Position numbers and translations under genes: made by a program. A stretch of 64,000 nt of DNA from Eledone cirrhosa. Lineage: Eukaryota. The DNA lies in contig OZ024742.1 of assembly GCA_964016885.1 (NCBI GenBank), positions 192,820,001 through 192,884,000 on the forward strand. Reading direction: 5' to 3'. This document shows positions 37,801-51,000 of this stretch, in pieces. The stretch's first letter is position 1. Each line of letters starts with the position of its first letter. The notes beneath the pieces are model-generated. The model did not search any database and was not told where the DNA came from. It was given only the letters and a program-made list of their open reading frames with translations.

Positions 37801-39639
37801 ATTGGACAAACCGCTTCGGGTCATACAGATCATATCTAGATAGAGTATTTTGTAGGGAAATAGATAGTTTTAGCATAGGCTGTCCACAATTCAAGATAGT
37901 CAGCTACACGGCCCACAAATTCGTGATCTGTGTGCTTGACTTAGATAGGCTTCATAGCCGAGGACCCGGCTACTGCAAGCTAAACGCATCCTTACCAGCG
38001 CGCAAGGCCTACAGAGACCGGATTAGCGAACTAGTTAAATGGGCGTTGACGGGGGCCAGCATCAACAACAAGTGGTGGTTTGCTCTGAAAAGAGCAATTA
38101 GAATAGAGTCCATTAGGTTTAGTAAGGCTTTAAAAAATAGAGAAAAATAGAGCAGAGGGAGAACTATTTAGAAAATTAGACGAGGCGCTTAGCAAAGGCA
38201 TCGCGACCGACTTACTTGCGGCGAAATTGGCCCTTACCCAATTCTTCAATGCAAAGAATGAAGGCTGCGTTGTCAGAGCTAGGGTGCGTGCTCTCAGACA
38301 CGAGGGGACAAAAGCGGTTTAGTGGGCCCGAGTGGCGGAGGTGCGTCGTGTCAACAAAGTCACGATCCGGTCTTTGGTTGACCACGACGAGCGCCTGCTA
38401 CTCGATCCCGGGCAAATGTGTGAAGCCTTTCAGCGACACTTCGCTCAGCTGTTCAGGGGCGGCGGCGGGCCGAGTCGAGGGATGGACGTTAGTGTCTACC
38501 TCGACGGACTGCTGTGGGTCTCGGCCTCTGTGGCGGAGTGTTGCGAAAAGCCGATAACAGCCGCTGAAGTACGGGAGGCAATGACTGGCTGCACAAGGGG
38601 TAAATCGCCTGGTTTGGATGATCTGCCCTATGAACTTTACGTACAGATGCCAGACTTGTTCGGAGGCCTCTTGGCGGACGTCTACTGCAACTGGCAACAG
38701 AACGGGAGAATTTCAACCTCTGTGACTCGAGGGGCGGTGGCGCTGCTGAGAAAGGATCCGAACAAGGGGGATAACAGAGAGAATTTCAGGCCCATAACTC
38801 TGCTAAACAAGGTGCTAGCAAAGAGGTTGGCGATTCTCGTTGGTGGTCTGGTGGGAGAGGCGCAGACATGCGCCATTCCCGACTGATCCATCCACGACAA
38901 CCTCCACCTACCGAGGAGCTTTGCCAGATTGGGATAAACTCTACAGGCATGGAGGTGCCGTCAGCCGGGCATGAGAGAGATCCGCACAGGGCGACGAAAC
39001 CGTCCTGCACGCACTCTTCCAGTGTTCGAGCATTGCTGACTTGTGGGTTTATGTCGAACACCTGCTGTCACGTGTAGGACGGATCCAGCTATGAGCTGAA
39101 TCCATCGTGAGTATTGCCCCACCCTCTTCCTTTAGCCGTGAAGGGTAGGCAGTCTTTATCTGTCTGGTGGCCATGGCGAAAGAGATAGTATGGTGGACAC
39201 GTTTGAAAGGGCTGAAGACAAGCACTTACCTCTTCGGTGATGTCCTGATTATCTTTTTCAAATTTCATTTGAAAAGGAAAATCAGGGTAGCGAGGGAAGT
39301 TCTCTCTTCCCAGCATTTTGTTGAAAGATGGGTGAGAGAGGCAAGAATGGCACGAGTGAATTATCCTACTCTGAGTATGTGTCTGTAAGTTAAAGGTGGA
39401 AAACTGGGAGAGGGCACTTGCCCTGGTGGTCAGGGTCACTGTGGCCTTTTAATGGGATTTCTCCACGAACGTCCCTCGGAAGTCTCCCCCCTATTGGGGA
39501 ATTTTTTCATTGTTATATTATTACATCCTCTATTTTTTTGTTTTTTTACACGCAGAAATGCCCTTTTGTACCGTCCTGTATTGTCCTGTACTGTCCTTAA
39601 TGTCTACTTTGTGTAAACCCTTGTGGTTAATAAAGAAAG

Positions 39640-39640
<1 letters not shown>
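34870..39640 (+). mobile_element. Tx1/L1-clade LINE, decayed, internally deleted, flanked by (TTA)n
   Basis: ORF1 35529-36755 with degenerate zinc knuckle CxxCxxxxH; ORF2 APE motifs (VYA, GNWNG, YLDR); RT start KSPGLD, NFRPITLLN, SIHDN; jumps near 38910 to zf-RVT-like ETVLHALFQC; AATAAA then (ATT)n. Confidence 0.88.
36731..36917 (+). mobile_element. SINE inserted in Tx1 ORF1
   Basis: Family consensus; attaaatt on both sides (TSD-like). Confidence 0.9.
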
Positions 39641-39697
<57 letters not shown>

Positions 39698-39699
<2 letters not shown>

Positions 39700-40807
39700 A
39701 GTTGCATTTATCTTGCTTTATGTTCATACGAGTTATCACCAAGTCACAACCAGTGACCTCAACAGACAACAAGGTCCGCCATGTTCAAGAAAGAACATAC
39801 ATATTCACACATGCATCTTTAGTGTTTAGACTTGTGATGCACTTATAATGACAGAATCTTCCTTAGTATATGGGCAGTTCCCATTAGTACTATCTTTTGT
39901 ATTTCTCTATACGCGGGTTTCCTGGGATTTGCGATAAGTAGTCGTTAGACCCCTTAGGTATCATTCCCAGAGCGCCTACAACCACTGGTATTGTTTTAGT
40001 TCTCAATTTCCACATTTTTCCAATTTCTATCTCCAGGTCCTTATACTTGCTCAATTTTCAAATGTTTTTATAGATACATTCTTGTCTATTGGAACAGACA
40101 TATCAATTAGCAGGCATACCCTCTTTTTGAAGTCCTTCAATATTATATCAGGTCTATTTGCATCTATTTCTCGGTCTGTTTGGATGCTAAAGTTCCACAG
40201 GATTGAGATGTGATCTTTTTCAAGTATGGGAGGTGGTTGATGCTCCCACCAATTCTTTTGATGTGGCAGGTCAAAATGCTTACACATTATCCAATGTATG
40301 TATTGTGCAGCTCTGTCATGCCTGTTTAGGTATTCGGTTGGAGCTATAGGACTGCACATTGAAATTATATGGTCAATGGTCTCTGGTTGTTTTTTGCATA
40401 CACGGCATAATGGGCTGCATCCATTTTTTATTATGTTGGCTTGGTAATTTTTTGTTGGCAGACACTGATCTTGTGCTGATATAATCAGTCCTTCAGTCTC
40501 CGATTTCAGTCCAGAGGATGCCAACCACTGATGGGTTAAAGTTTTGTCAACATCAGGATTGTTAGCTCGCTCTGGGTATTTTCCATACAGAGGCTTTTCT
40601 TGCCATTTCTTAGCCAGTTTCTGTAGCAGTTCTTTCTTTGCAGTTACTTTTACCTGCCTTGCTTTTTCTGTGTTTTCCATTTCAGCAGTAAATGGGACTT
40701 CTGAAATTTGTAGTCCATTACTGTATCTTTGTGCATGTTTTGTAATGGAATATGATCTTTTGATGCTTTCGTGTTTCAAAACGTGTTTGATCATCCAATC
40801 ATGTGAT
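39698..40807 (-). mobile_element. 5'-truncated copy of the young Dong/R4 family inside a (TTA)n tract
   Basis: Near-identical to 29961-31070; (TTA)n on both sides. Confidence 0.92.
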
Positions 40808-40872
40808 TATTATTATTATTATTATTATCATTACTATTATTATTATTATACATTTATTTTTGGAAAGCCATA

Positions 40873-40911
40873 ATTCCTGATGATTTCTAAAGAATGAAAC
40901 AGCTCTAGAAT
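40873..40911 (+). ncRNA. Minimal hammerhead motif, probably mutated
   Basis: attc-CTGATGA-tttc(taaa)gaat-GAAAC-agct-CTA-gaat; one G>C change would break the stem III palindrome acagctgt. Confidence 0.5.
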
Positions 40912-40989
40912 CTCATCTATATTAAAACTATATATATATATATATCTATATATATATATATGTAATAAATATTTATATATATATAATAG

Positions 40990-41067
<78 letters not shown>

Positions 41068-41466
41068 TTGCTGCCAACTCGTTTTCGAGTTCAGCCACTA
41101 CTTTATATCCATGTAGGAGAACCCCTACCGATGCGCTGAACGAGTGTGACTTTTTAGTCCAGCCAGCGACTTGAAAACTCTGATACAAACACTACACTTG
41201 TGACAATTATTGACACATAGTGCTGGACCCATGGTACCATGTGACAACAAGTGCAGCGAGATCTCCAGATATAAAGCAATGCCTGTGCCGTGAAGCTTTT
41301 ATAGTGAGCAAAGGCACTGCACAAAGCCAGTCCCACTCTCTTAACCAAGATGATATTTATCAAAAAGAAGAATTCTAGGAGAAGGAAAACTCTGATATAA
41401 CACCTGCAACTCTGATATATATATACATACATACATCTCTGATATATACATACATACATACATACA

Positions 41467-41525
<59 letters not shown>

Positions 41526-41552
41526 AAGGCGGGTAAAATTCCCGAGATCCAT

Positions 41553-41680
41553 GGACGAGTTCTCTCCAGCGGTCTCTGTCCCTCATTATCGCTGCCATAT
41601 CCTGCATCTCCAACAGACCAGTGTCTGTCCTTAGGGCATCAACATATGTTAACCTTGGTCTTCCTCTTCTAGTGTGTCCA
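41553..41680 (-). mobile_element. RTE-clade LINE 3' fragment
   Basis: Translates GHTRRGRPRLTYVDALRTD...MRDRDRWR, the typical RTE C-terminal motif. Confidence 0.7.
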
Positions 41681-41689
41681 TAGAATCAT

Positions 41690-43339
41690 TTGGTAAGATA
41701 TATATACCATTTCCTCTGCCAATCAGCATAATCAACCACACACAATCAATTAAACAAGGCTATAAGACTAAAAGGCACCCAAGAAGAAATAATAGATAAA
41801 TAAAAGATAGCCACCTATTCGCGATCAACAGCTATATAATATTTACCCACCATTTCAATAGCACGTGGAAATCGATTAAATATATCGTCAACCGTACACA
41901 ATTAGGTATACAATTAAAGTTAGAATGGATACAGTTTAGTTGAAAGGAATTTATTGACACGTGTTTCTATAACAGTTACATAACCTAAAACAGCTGCTAT
42001 CTACAAACTTTTAGTTATGCAGACATTCAATATTTCAATGTTATTATTTACTGTCATTTCATCAGAATAATATTACTGAGGACCTATTTAGTTTTTATAG
42101 AGAATATTAGGAGGGAGGGGTGAAGTTGTTAGAAGAATAGTTGAAGGAGTGGTTTTTCGATAGCAGTGAGAATTCTTGGTGGCAGTGAGTAATTAGATTC
42201 CCATCTGTTGTTTTGACATTTTTTATAGAATATATTATTGGTTATTTTTCTAAATCTATAGAAGGATTAGAGATAGTAAAGATATGCGTGGTTGGTTTTG
42301 TGTTTGCACTTAATTAACATTCATACTTAAATTTTTCTTTCAAGTGTACGTATACTTTCACCCACGCATTCACACACAAATATATTTGCACACCTCTACA
42401 AAATACATATACTCACAATTCACATATTCATACTTATATATATATACACATGCATACACATATATATACACACATGTATTCATGTACATACATACGCGCT
42501 CATGTGTATACATTTTCATACTCAACTTATCTTTATATACACACGTATAGACACACACATATATACATACATACTCTAGTCCATGTGTACACACATACAC
42601 ATACATACACATCCATATACACATATATACATACATATATATATATATATATATAAGCACTTTAATACATGAATACACTTACATCTAACTATACACATCA
42701 AACATATATATATATTTACTTATTTATATACATTTTCACATATATATACATACTTATGGACGTTTTTAGACACATTCATTATCGCATATTTGTACCTATT
42801 CTCATCAGCATATCTTTCCATTATTAGTGTGGTAATTTAAGGTTATTAATATATGTTGAGAAGAGATTGTTTTTATATTTTTCTAACTAGATTAAGGTTT
42901 ATATAGTTGGGGGATGTCCCTCTTTTATGTAATATTCGGCTTGTAGTGGGAAAAAAGGGTTTTAGTTCTGTGACGGCAGAATAATGTTCGTTCAATTCTG
43001 TTATTCAGCAGTTTCTTCTTGTGTGTGATTATGTAATAAATCTCAAGATTACACAATTTGCAGAAATTTTGGCTCCTGGAAAAGCTTTGGGTTTTAGCTA
43101 ATTTTTCCCATTTTAGGGTAAACTTTTGATCGCTATCCCTGAGCGTCCAAGCTTTTTCTGCTAAAGTTGTTACATTTCTTTGGCTCTGGTGTTTTATTGA
43201 GTAAGAATGCCTATACAATCGAGATTTAAACGATGTTGCCGTTGATCCCACGTAATACCACTCGTTGCCTCCGGATTTAATGGTACACTTATAAATAATA
43301 TTTTTTTCCAGGCAGTTATTGCCGAGGGGGCAGTTGTCA
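41690..43339 (-). mobile_element. 3' fragment of a Naiad-like PLE (GIY-YIG + pLTR); left boundary approximate
   Basis: CNC..CPL..CL..NIIY..YVGST..F.SR..CKLC..E..LLNNR..CRH in 42925-43339; 5' junction at (TA)n; hammerhead downstream. Confidence 0.82.
41951..42070 (-). ncRNA. Type I hammerhead ribozyme with very long stem II
   Basis: ttatt-CTGATGA-atgacagt...actgttat-GAAAC-acgt-GTC-aataa; palindromic stem III; GUC site. Confidence 0.8.
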
Positions 43340-43357
43340 GGATAGGTGCAGTTACAG

Positions 43358-43438
<81 letters not shown>

Positions 43439-43456
43439 TAGAGAGAGAGAGCGTGA

Positions 43457-43572
43457 GGGCGCGTGGGTGAGTGGTTAGAGAATTGGATTCGCAATCATGA
43501 GGTTGTGCGTTCGATTAGTGTACCGGGTGATGCGTTATGTCCTTGAGCAAGACACTTTATTTCACGCTGCTC
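43457..43572 (+). mobile_element. tRNA-derived SINE head with CORE/V-like domain
   Basis: gagtggttag A-box, gttcgatt B-box, tgtccttgagcaagacacttt. Confidence 0.65.
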
Positions 43573-43669
43573 CTTCTACCTGGAGATGCAACCGATAGAG
43601 AGTATTAGCAATTAGAAAGACCAATGGAAACATTGTTTCCTCGGTCCGATTTGACGAAAAGTCGATCGA

Positions 43670-43707
<38 letters not shown>

Positions 43708-43710
<3 letters not shown>

Positions 43711-43807
43711 GGTGTCCCCAAATATGTATACACACTTTGATTACCTGTACAGGCAATATTTATGAGAATGCTATATATTTTGTCTATATATTTTGGGGGA
43801 CACCCTG
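43708..43807. mobile_element. Short mariner-type MITE
   Basis: TIRs agggtgtcccc/ggggacaccct. Confidence 0.55.
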
Positions 43808-44189
43808 TCTGTATATATGTTATTTATGTTCATACATGCATATTTCTACACACACACACACACCAAAATCATGAGAAGATCAGTGTAAAACTAGTCAGAC
43901 CTATTACTCAGTAGAGTACACGATACTTGGGATAGTAGAGTGTGACCCTTTATAATATACTAGACCAACTGTGACTCGTTGGGTCATGTTCACTTAAAAA
44001 TGATTTTTATATAATTGAAATATACACAAAATGCATATAATGTAAAATGACATTAGAAAGCCAATATATATATACGTGTATGTGTGTGTGTACATGTACG
44101 TGTATATATATATATATCCACTACTCGGAGTACCCTAACTGGACTACATCTAAGTGGACTACCTACCTATAACAATAATTTGTTATCCC

Positions 44190-44245
<56 letters not shown>

Positions 44246-44822
44246 GTGTGTGTTTGTGTGTGTGGGTGTCTGTGGCTTATATACACTGGTCACAGACACA
44301 TATACACATACATCCTGTCCTAACACAAGTTATAAGATACATATAACTTAATATTCAGTCACCAAATTCAAGCTAGATACAGTAATGCTGTATTCGATTC
44401 TTTGAAGTCACCTGTCATAATTTCATTTAACAACACCACCAGCTCTCTCCCCCTCTCTCTCTCTCTCACAACCACTATCTGCGTTTGTACTCACATTTCA
44501 ATGGTACCTTACTTTCAAAATATTTTCCCATTATGCGCTGATTTGGCTATTTATAAAGGTACCCGAAAAAACCCCGCCTATCTCTGGAACCCGTGGTCCG
44601 ATTTACGCGAAACTTGTCTTTTCACTGTATTTTCACAAAGAAAATATCAAATCATTTTTCATTTTTCATTAATCCAATCACTCCACTTCAAAATTCTTTT
44701 TTCTATATCTCTATTGATGCTTGATAGTTGGTTCTGAAAGATTTTTCTGCTTAAAAAGTTGCAATGTTAATGAAAAGCTGGTTTTATTTAGAAAAATTTG
44801 AAAGAAATTATTCTTACCTGTC

Positions 44823-47800
44823 TTAGTTTTTCCTTTTCCTTTCCTTTTCTGACGTCGGAATCAACATTTTCCCATATTTACGCTGTGACAGTTTGTTCAA
44901 AAGAATGCTTTTGATGACAACATTCTTAGTTGATTGGGTATCCTTCAGAAACACTCTGACATTTTCTTTTCGTTTTCCGCGGCTAAGCGCTACATACAGT
45001 TGACCGTGTTGGAATACAGGTCGTTCTAGATAAACCAATACGTTTTCCATAGTTTGTCCTTGTGTTTTATGAATAGTCATAGCGAAGCACGATTGAACTG
45101 GGAATTGGTTTCGTTGCAAAGGGATATCCTCACCTTCGGATAGTTTAATTCTTATTCTAGATATCATAACGATCTCATTTCTGAAGGCATCAGTGTTGAT
45201 TCTTGAGATTGTCGTGCAGTTCTTCCACGAACATGGACATTCCATTACAAAGCCTTGAAAGATTCAGGTTCTCATAAGAATTATTGGCGATCCTTTTTTC
45301 AATTCCAGGTTATGTGGTGGCAGTCCTGATAGTTCAACCAAATTAAGGAATTCAGTCGGGAAATGAGTGACATTGGCACCATCACTCACAGCATTATAGG
45401 ATCGGTACTCTTTTATGGTTCCAGGGAAGCGTCTGATACAGGTGGAATTGATGCTTCTCATCATTTCATTGAAAGGTACTAAGATGCAATTGTTCGAAAA
45501 CACTTCGGCTGATGAGGGGTAGATGAAATCAATACATTCTTCCATAGTTGTTGCTTGGAGAACCATTTCTTTTGGCAAAATAATTTCCTCATTTTCAGTT
45601 TTTTTTTATGTTATCTTCTCAAATATCCAATAGGAACTGTGAATAGTCTCCTGCTCCCCCACCCAATCGCATGTTTGTCTTCAACTGAAATATTTTGAAG
45701 CTTCGTCATAAGTAGGATATTTAATGCAGGTGTTTTCCAAGTCCGCTTCATTTCCCTTTTTCACTACCGGAAGAAGCTGACAGCAAATTGTCAAAATTCC
45801 ACCGAATGCCTCATTGTTGTCACATATGTCATGCAGAGTGAAGTCAACAGCTTCGAAGCTTTCCCTCCGAATCATAGGACACTCATCCCAATGAATCAGC
45901 CTTGTATACTGGAAGAGGTTTGCCGTCTTTGAATTTTTATCAATGTTGCACAGACCATTTTGTTTCACTACTATCGGTATTTTGAACCTAGAATGCGCTG
46001 TTCTTCCATCAGGCTTTAGTGTTGCGGCAATGCCAGGTGACGCAACAGCAATAGCCACGTCGCCGTTTCCCCTGAAAGAATTAAGTTAATCAGGAATGTC
46101 TTTCCCGTTCCACCTGGAGCGTCAATGTAAATCAATGCAGATGTGTTCGCCTCTAAACTGTTACAAACGAAGTCGTACACGTGTTTTTGTTCACTATTCA
46201 ATAGAGGCTCAGTCTCTTCTACAAATCGTCGCTGCTCTCCTCTGCTGTATTGCAATTCATGTAATGACTCCAAATTGCCAATATCCTCATTAGCAACAAT
46301 ATTAATTGGCCTTGACAAGTTAAAGTCACTAAGACTTTTGCCCAGGTCGTTAAGTTTGTCTTCAAAATACAGAAGACATTGATGATAATGTCTCTCACTG
46401 ATCAAAAAGTTAGAGTTTCTGGTAGCCCTTTTTTATAATTGAAGGTAATCCTCAGACAGCGAAGGCTTAAATCGAGCCCATAAAGCATTGGAATTGTCAA
46501 TTTCCGTATTTGTGAGGAGCACGATGAATAGATCTCTCATGGTTTTGGGAAGCCTTGTTCGCTCAGCATCTTCCAGAGTCTTCTGCCAATGATCATCCGA
46601 TTGAAGCAAACCTTTCATCCTTGCAGACGTCTTTGAATAATGGCAGGAGTTCTCCATCACACATTTTCAAAGAGTTGAAGGATACTGGCACTTTGACGTG
46701 ATGTAGAAGGAGTCTTAAATAATACAGGTCACCACTTTGTGGAGAAACAGTGTATACTCGTCCCAAAACTTTCGCCTCAAAAATCCTTGGATACTGCTCA
46801 ACTATTTTCCCCACCTTTCTCCTTTCCTATCTCTTATTACTCCAAGTTTAAAACTTTGGCACATCGGCATAATACAATGTTTTTGCTAACGGATCGCGAT
46901 CGCAAAGATCCATGAACTCAGTCAGAGTCGTCTTAGCCATGTTATTGTTTACTTTAACAACAGCATTGACCCGAAAGAAGATTTGATTGTCCTCAGGTAG
47001 ATGAACTTGAAGGTGAACTACGACCGGTTCTCTCTCATGAATTGGAAATCCAAGTACCAAGGCAACAGCTTCTGAAGGACCGATATATCTTCCTGTTAAA
47101 TACTGTATTATCTCATCTTCCCTGTTCACTCCAAACATTGCCTGATCACTGCCCTTCATGGTATATTTGATAACGTATTTGATCGATTTCACGGAAGAGC
47201 GCATCTCTACGTTTAGGTGGCAGTTGAACAGTTTTAATAGTTTCATATTGTAGGGAACCACCCATTCCGAAGTTATATTTCGGCTTCCCTTTCCTTCTTG
47301 GTGCCACTCAAATCCTCCCATTCCTGGAGACCGTCTTCTGTACACAGGATAAGAGTCCTCTCCACACAAAGTATATTCATTGAAAGGCTTAGGGTACCGC
47401 TTACTGCACGTTCCATCTTTCCAACACGGCGAATTGTTAGAGCAATTCGGACCGTGGATCATGTGCTTCAGCACCAATTCATGACCTTCTGGGTCTTTGT
47501 TTAGATCTGGTATTTCGGCTTGAACAAATATATCGTATTCCTGCGGTCTGGGCTTGGAGGCTTCAATGAACCATAGCAAACAGTGCACATGAGGAAGACC
47601 TGGCTTTTGATATTCGACTGTCAGCACGTAAGCAATGGACTTGCCAAATAGGCCATCTACTCCAGTAAGATACTTTCTTAGCAGTTTTCGCTTCCGTTCA
47701 AATACTCTGGCAATTAAATCTGGCCTGTCATGTGGCTTCTGATTCAGGAATAGGTTTTGCCGGATTTCGGGCCAGTTTGGATTGCATGTCTTTGTTATGA

Positions 47801-49167
47801 AGAACGAAGGAGTGCCGTACTTCCGTATGTACATCGTGGCATCCTGGGATCGCTCCATAATATATCTCGGTCCACCGACAAATGTGGAAGAGAGTATGAT
47901 TCGCCTGCCAATATTGCGAAAATCACCATCATCATTCAATGCGTCAGTAAGGCCCTTGTATGTTGTAGATCGCAATGATGTTTGATTCATTCGGATGTAT
48001 TGCAGTCTATCTCCTTCAATCTTCGCAGCCATGTCAAGCAAATATTGCTGTAATAAACGACTGCCTCTGAGAAGTTGGTTGAATTCATTCTTATGGTTCA
48101 TTATTCGATAGGCATAGTAGCGCATTGGCGTCAACTTCTTGTTGTTGTTCATTAACAGCTCATGATGCCATCCGTCATCGCCAAAAGGAAAAAGTAGAAC
48201 ATACTGCAAACCATCATAGGACCGATGGGACTCTGAGATGATTTGCAATTGTCCGCCTTTTTCTTTCAACAAAATGTGCCGTGCTTTTGCTTTAATTTCG
48301 GTGCTGTTTTGTATAATAACGGCAACTTCGTTTGCAGTTTATGCATTGAATAATCTTCTCTCATGTTCCATTGCTGGTCTCTTATCAGGATCAATAATAA
48401 TCGAAGCTTCGGGAATATTTTTAATTTGTTCTTTTGCTATTCGGAATGAAGCAACGTCTGAGAATTATTTCCAATAATTCAACTATGTCGCGGTGAATGA
48501 CATCGTTATGGAGTATCCTGATCCTCAAATCAACACTATCCTGAGGATCCAAGAAGTAAATTTGAAGAAATTGGGGTTGTTCGTTTGGATTAGGGGTTAA
48601 GGAACCGATGTAATAGGGAATTTGACCATGAATAACGATAGAAGGATTCCATCCACTCCTTGAGGAACGAACTTCTTCGGCCCCAAAAGATGTCATTTAG
48701 AACAGGCATTTGTATTGTCTGAGGTTCTTCCTGAACTCGTTTGCCCTAGGTTGATCTGTACTAAATAAACTATGAAGTTCCTGGGGTAAAGGCTGCAGAT
48801 TCCCCAACTTGACTTTTCCATTCATACAGAAAAAGTTAGCAGTTTCACCATGAAAAAGCATTGTAATGGTTTGTTGGCAAAGATGTTCAGTTCTCCGAAC
48901 GTTCGATTCATGATGTCTCCTTCTTCTGTCTCTTACCCTCTGTTCTGCCTGACGCTCAGTTTTCCGAGCATCCGATTCATGATCACTCTTTCTTCTGTCT
49001 CTTTCCCTCTGTTCCGCCAGACGCGCAGTCCTTGCTTTATCAGTCTCATCGATCCTTCTATTCGCATGCCTGTCCCGATCTTGCTCACCTTCGGCTCTCC
49101 TTAGCCGTGCATTCTTTCCACTATCGATAGACCAACCAGATGTTTTCTTTCTTCCTCGTCGAGGCAT
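44823..49167 (-). pseudogene. Helitron Rep/PIF1 helicase (RepHel), multiple stops and frameshifts
   Basis: Rep motifs FITKTCNPNWPEI, VEYQKPGLPHVHCL, KYVIKY; helicase motifs APGGTGKT, WDECPM, FAMTIHKTQGQT, HGQLYVALSR. Confidence 0.95.
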
Positions 49168-49199
49168 TATTTAAGAATAGAGAATCGTATTTACCCTAG

Positions 49200-49800
49200 A
49201 AAAAATTCCTATTATCACAAAAAATATTTTTTTAAAATCATCATTTAGAAATATTTTAAAATAATGAAATATTGTCTGTTTAAACAACACGTATTTTTCA
49301 AATCATATTCACTTAAAAAATACTTATTAATAATTAAAATATTCTGTTTAAAGAAAGCTGATATATATATACTCGGTGTACAAATATTTGTATTTTTTAA
49401 GTCATTTTCACTTAAGAATATTTTTTAAATATGCCAAGAAATATTTTTTCTATCGTATTCACTTGAAACTAATATTTAAAAAATGAAGATATTGTCTATG
49501 TAAATAAAGCTATTTGTGAAATCAAATTCACTTTAACATATTTGTAAACATTTGAAATATTCTTTTAATAAAAGCAAAAATATAAACACCTACTGTTTAA
49601 AACCAACTGGTATTTTTCAGTGATATTCACTTAATGGTTTTCTGATAATTAAAATATCGTCTGTTTAAAGAAAGCTCAAATATAGATACTTGAAGTACAA
49701 ACAACTTGTAGTTTTGAAATCATATTCACTGAGAAATCACTGAAAAATATCTTTTTAATAATTATTAAAAATATTTCTCGAATGATGAAAATAGTTTATG
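49200..49800. repeat. Degenerate AT-rich tandem repeats in the Helitron 5' region
   Basis: Recurrent aaatcatattcacttaa / aaatattgtctgtttaaa motifs. Confidence 0.6.
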
Positions 49801-50651
49801 TCGATTTACTTCAAACTTGTTTTATTCCCATTTCAGGGTTATGTCAATATTTTCCCATTATGCACCGTTTTGGCTATTTACGAAGGTATCCTACACACAC
49901 ACACACAAATATATATATATATGTCTCTAACTTAAGTACTGTTACACACACACACACTCACACACACGTACACACACACACGTACACACATGTTTCTAAG
50001 TACGTAAACACATGCACTGGCGCACATGCAGATACACACGGTGGCAGTAGAACTGTGAAAGAGAGAGAAATAAATAACGTTATGGATAGGGAGGGATAGT
50101 TAAAATAAATAATAGTTAAAGACGCTGTCTCTTTCCCTATCTGTCACACACTTCTCTCCCTCTCTCATCTCTTTATTCTCTCTATCTTTCTCTCTCTCAC
50201 CCCTTCTCCGTCTCTCTTACCTACAGAATAGACAACCAAAAAACAAATGGATTATTTCTTTCGATATTAATTATAAAATAAGATAAATTGAATTTAGATG
50301 AATTCCTTGCTATATTTGGAAAATTGAAAATATTGTCCGATTTAGGCCAAACTTGTTTTATTCAGAGTATTTTCTCATTATGCTATGTTTTGGCTATTTA
50401 CGAAGTTTTGCAGGGTTATGTTAATTTCGGGTTATTTCCCCAGTATGCACCGTTGTGGCAATTTACGAAGGTACCCTCAAAACCCACGAATCTCGGGAAC
50501 CCGGGGTTCGATTTTCGCGAAACTTGTTTTATTCAATTTGTATACCCATTTCAGAGGCAGCTTGCTTTCAAAGTATTTAACCATTATGCGCCCTTTTGGC
50601 TGTATTACATGACAGACAAGGAAGCACGCACGCAAGATCAGAAGTTTAGTA

Positions 50652-50700
<49 letters not shown>

Positions 50701-50923
50701 TCGGGCTGAATATTGGTGTTGCAGCACCGAAATTCAACTCGGAGCGTGTCAAAGAATCGAAATAACAGACGTAAGCTTTATTTCTTCTTTATGTATTTCT
50801 GTTTTTTCTGTTCAAATTTTAGCTGCCTGATGACATCATAGTTGTTGCATAACGGTTATCACCGAAATATATATAACAAGGTTTATGTATAAACAAAGTT
50901 AATTTTAACTTGTTCACTTAATA

Positions 50924-51000
<77 letters not shown>

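Larger units (their letters stand above)
44400..50652 (-). mobile_element. Decayed Helitron (boundaries approximate)
   Basis: RepHel pseudogene plus shared subterminal repeats; putative 5' end abuts (TA)n at 50653. Confidence 0.8.

Noticed and set aside
44373-44396. Helitron 3' hairpin + CTAG
   Set aside because: Hairpin directly abuts CTAG and the following base is not T; not canonical
50827-50880. Hammerhead-like CTGATGA...hairpin...GAAA
   Set aside because: Stem I and the base of stem II do not pair; at best a decayed copy
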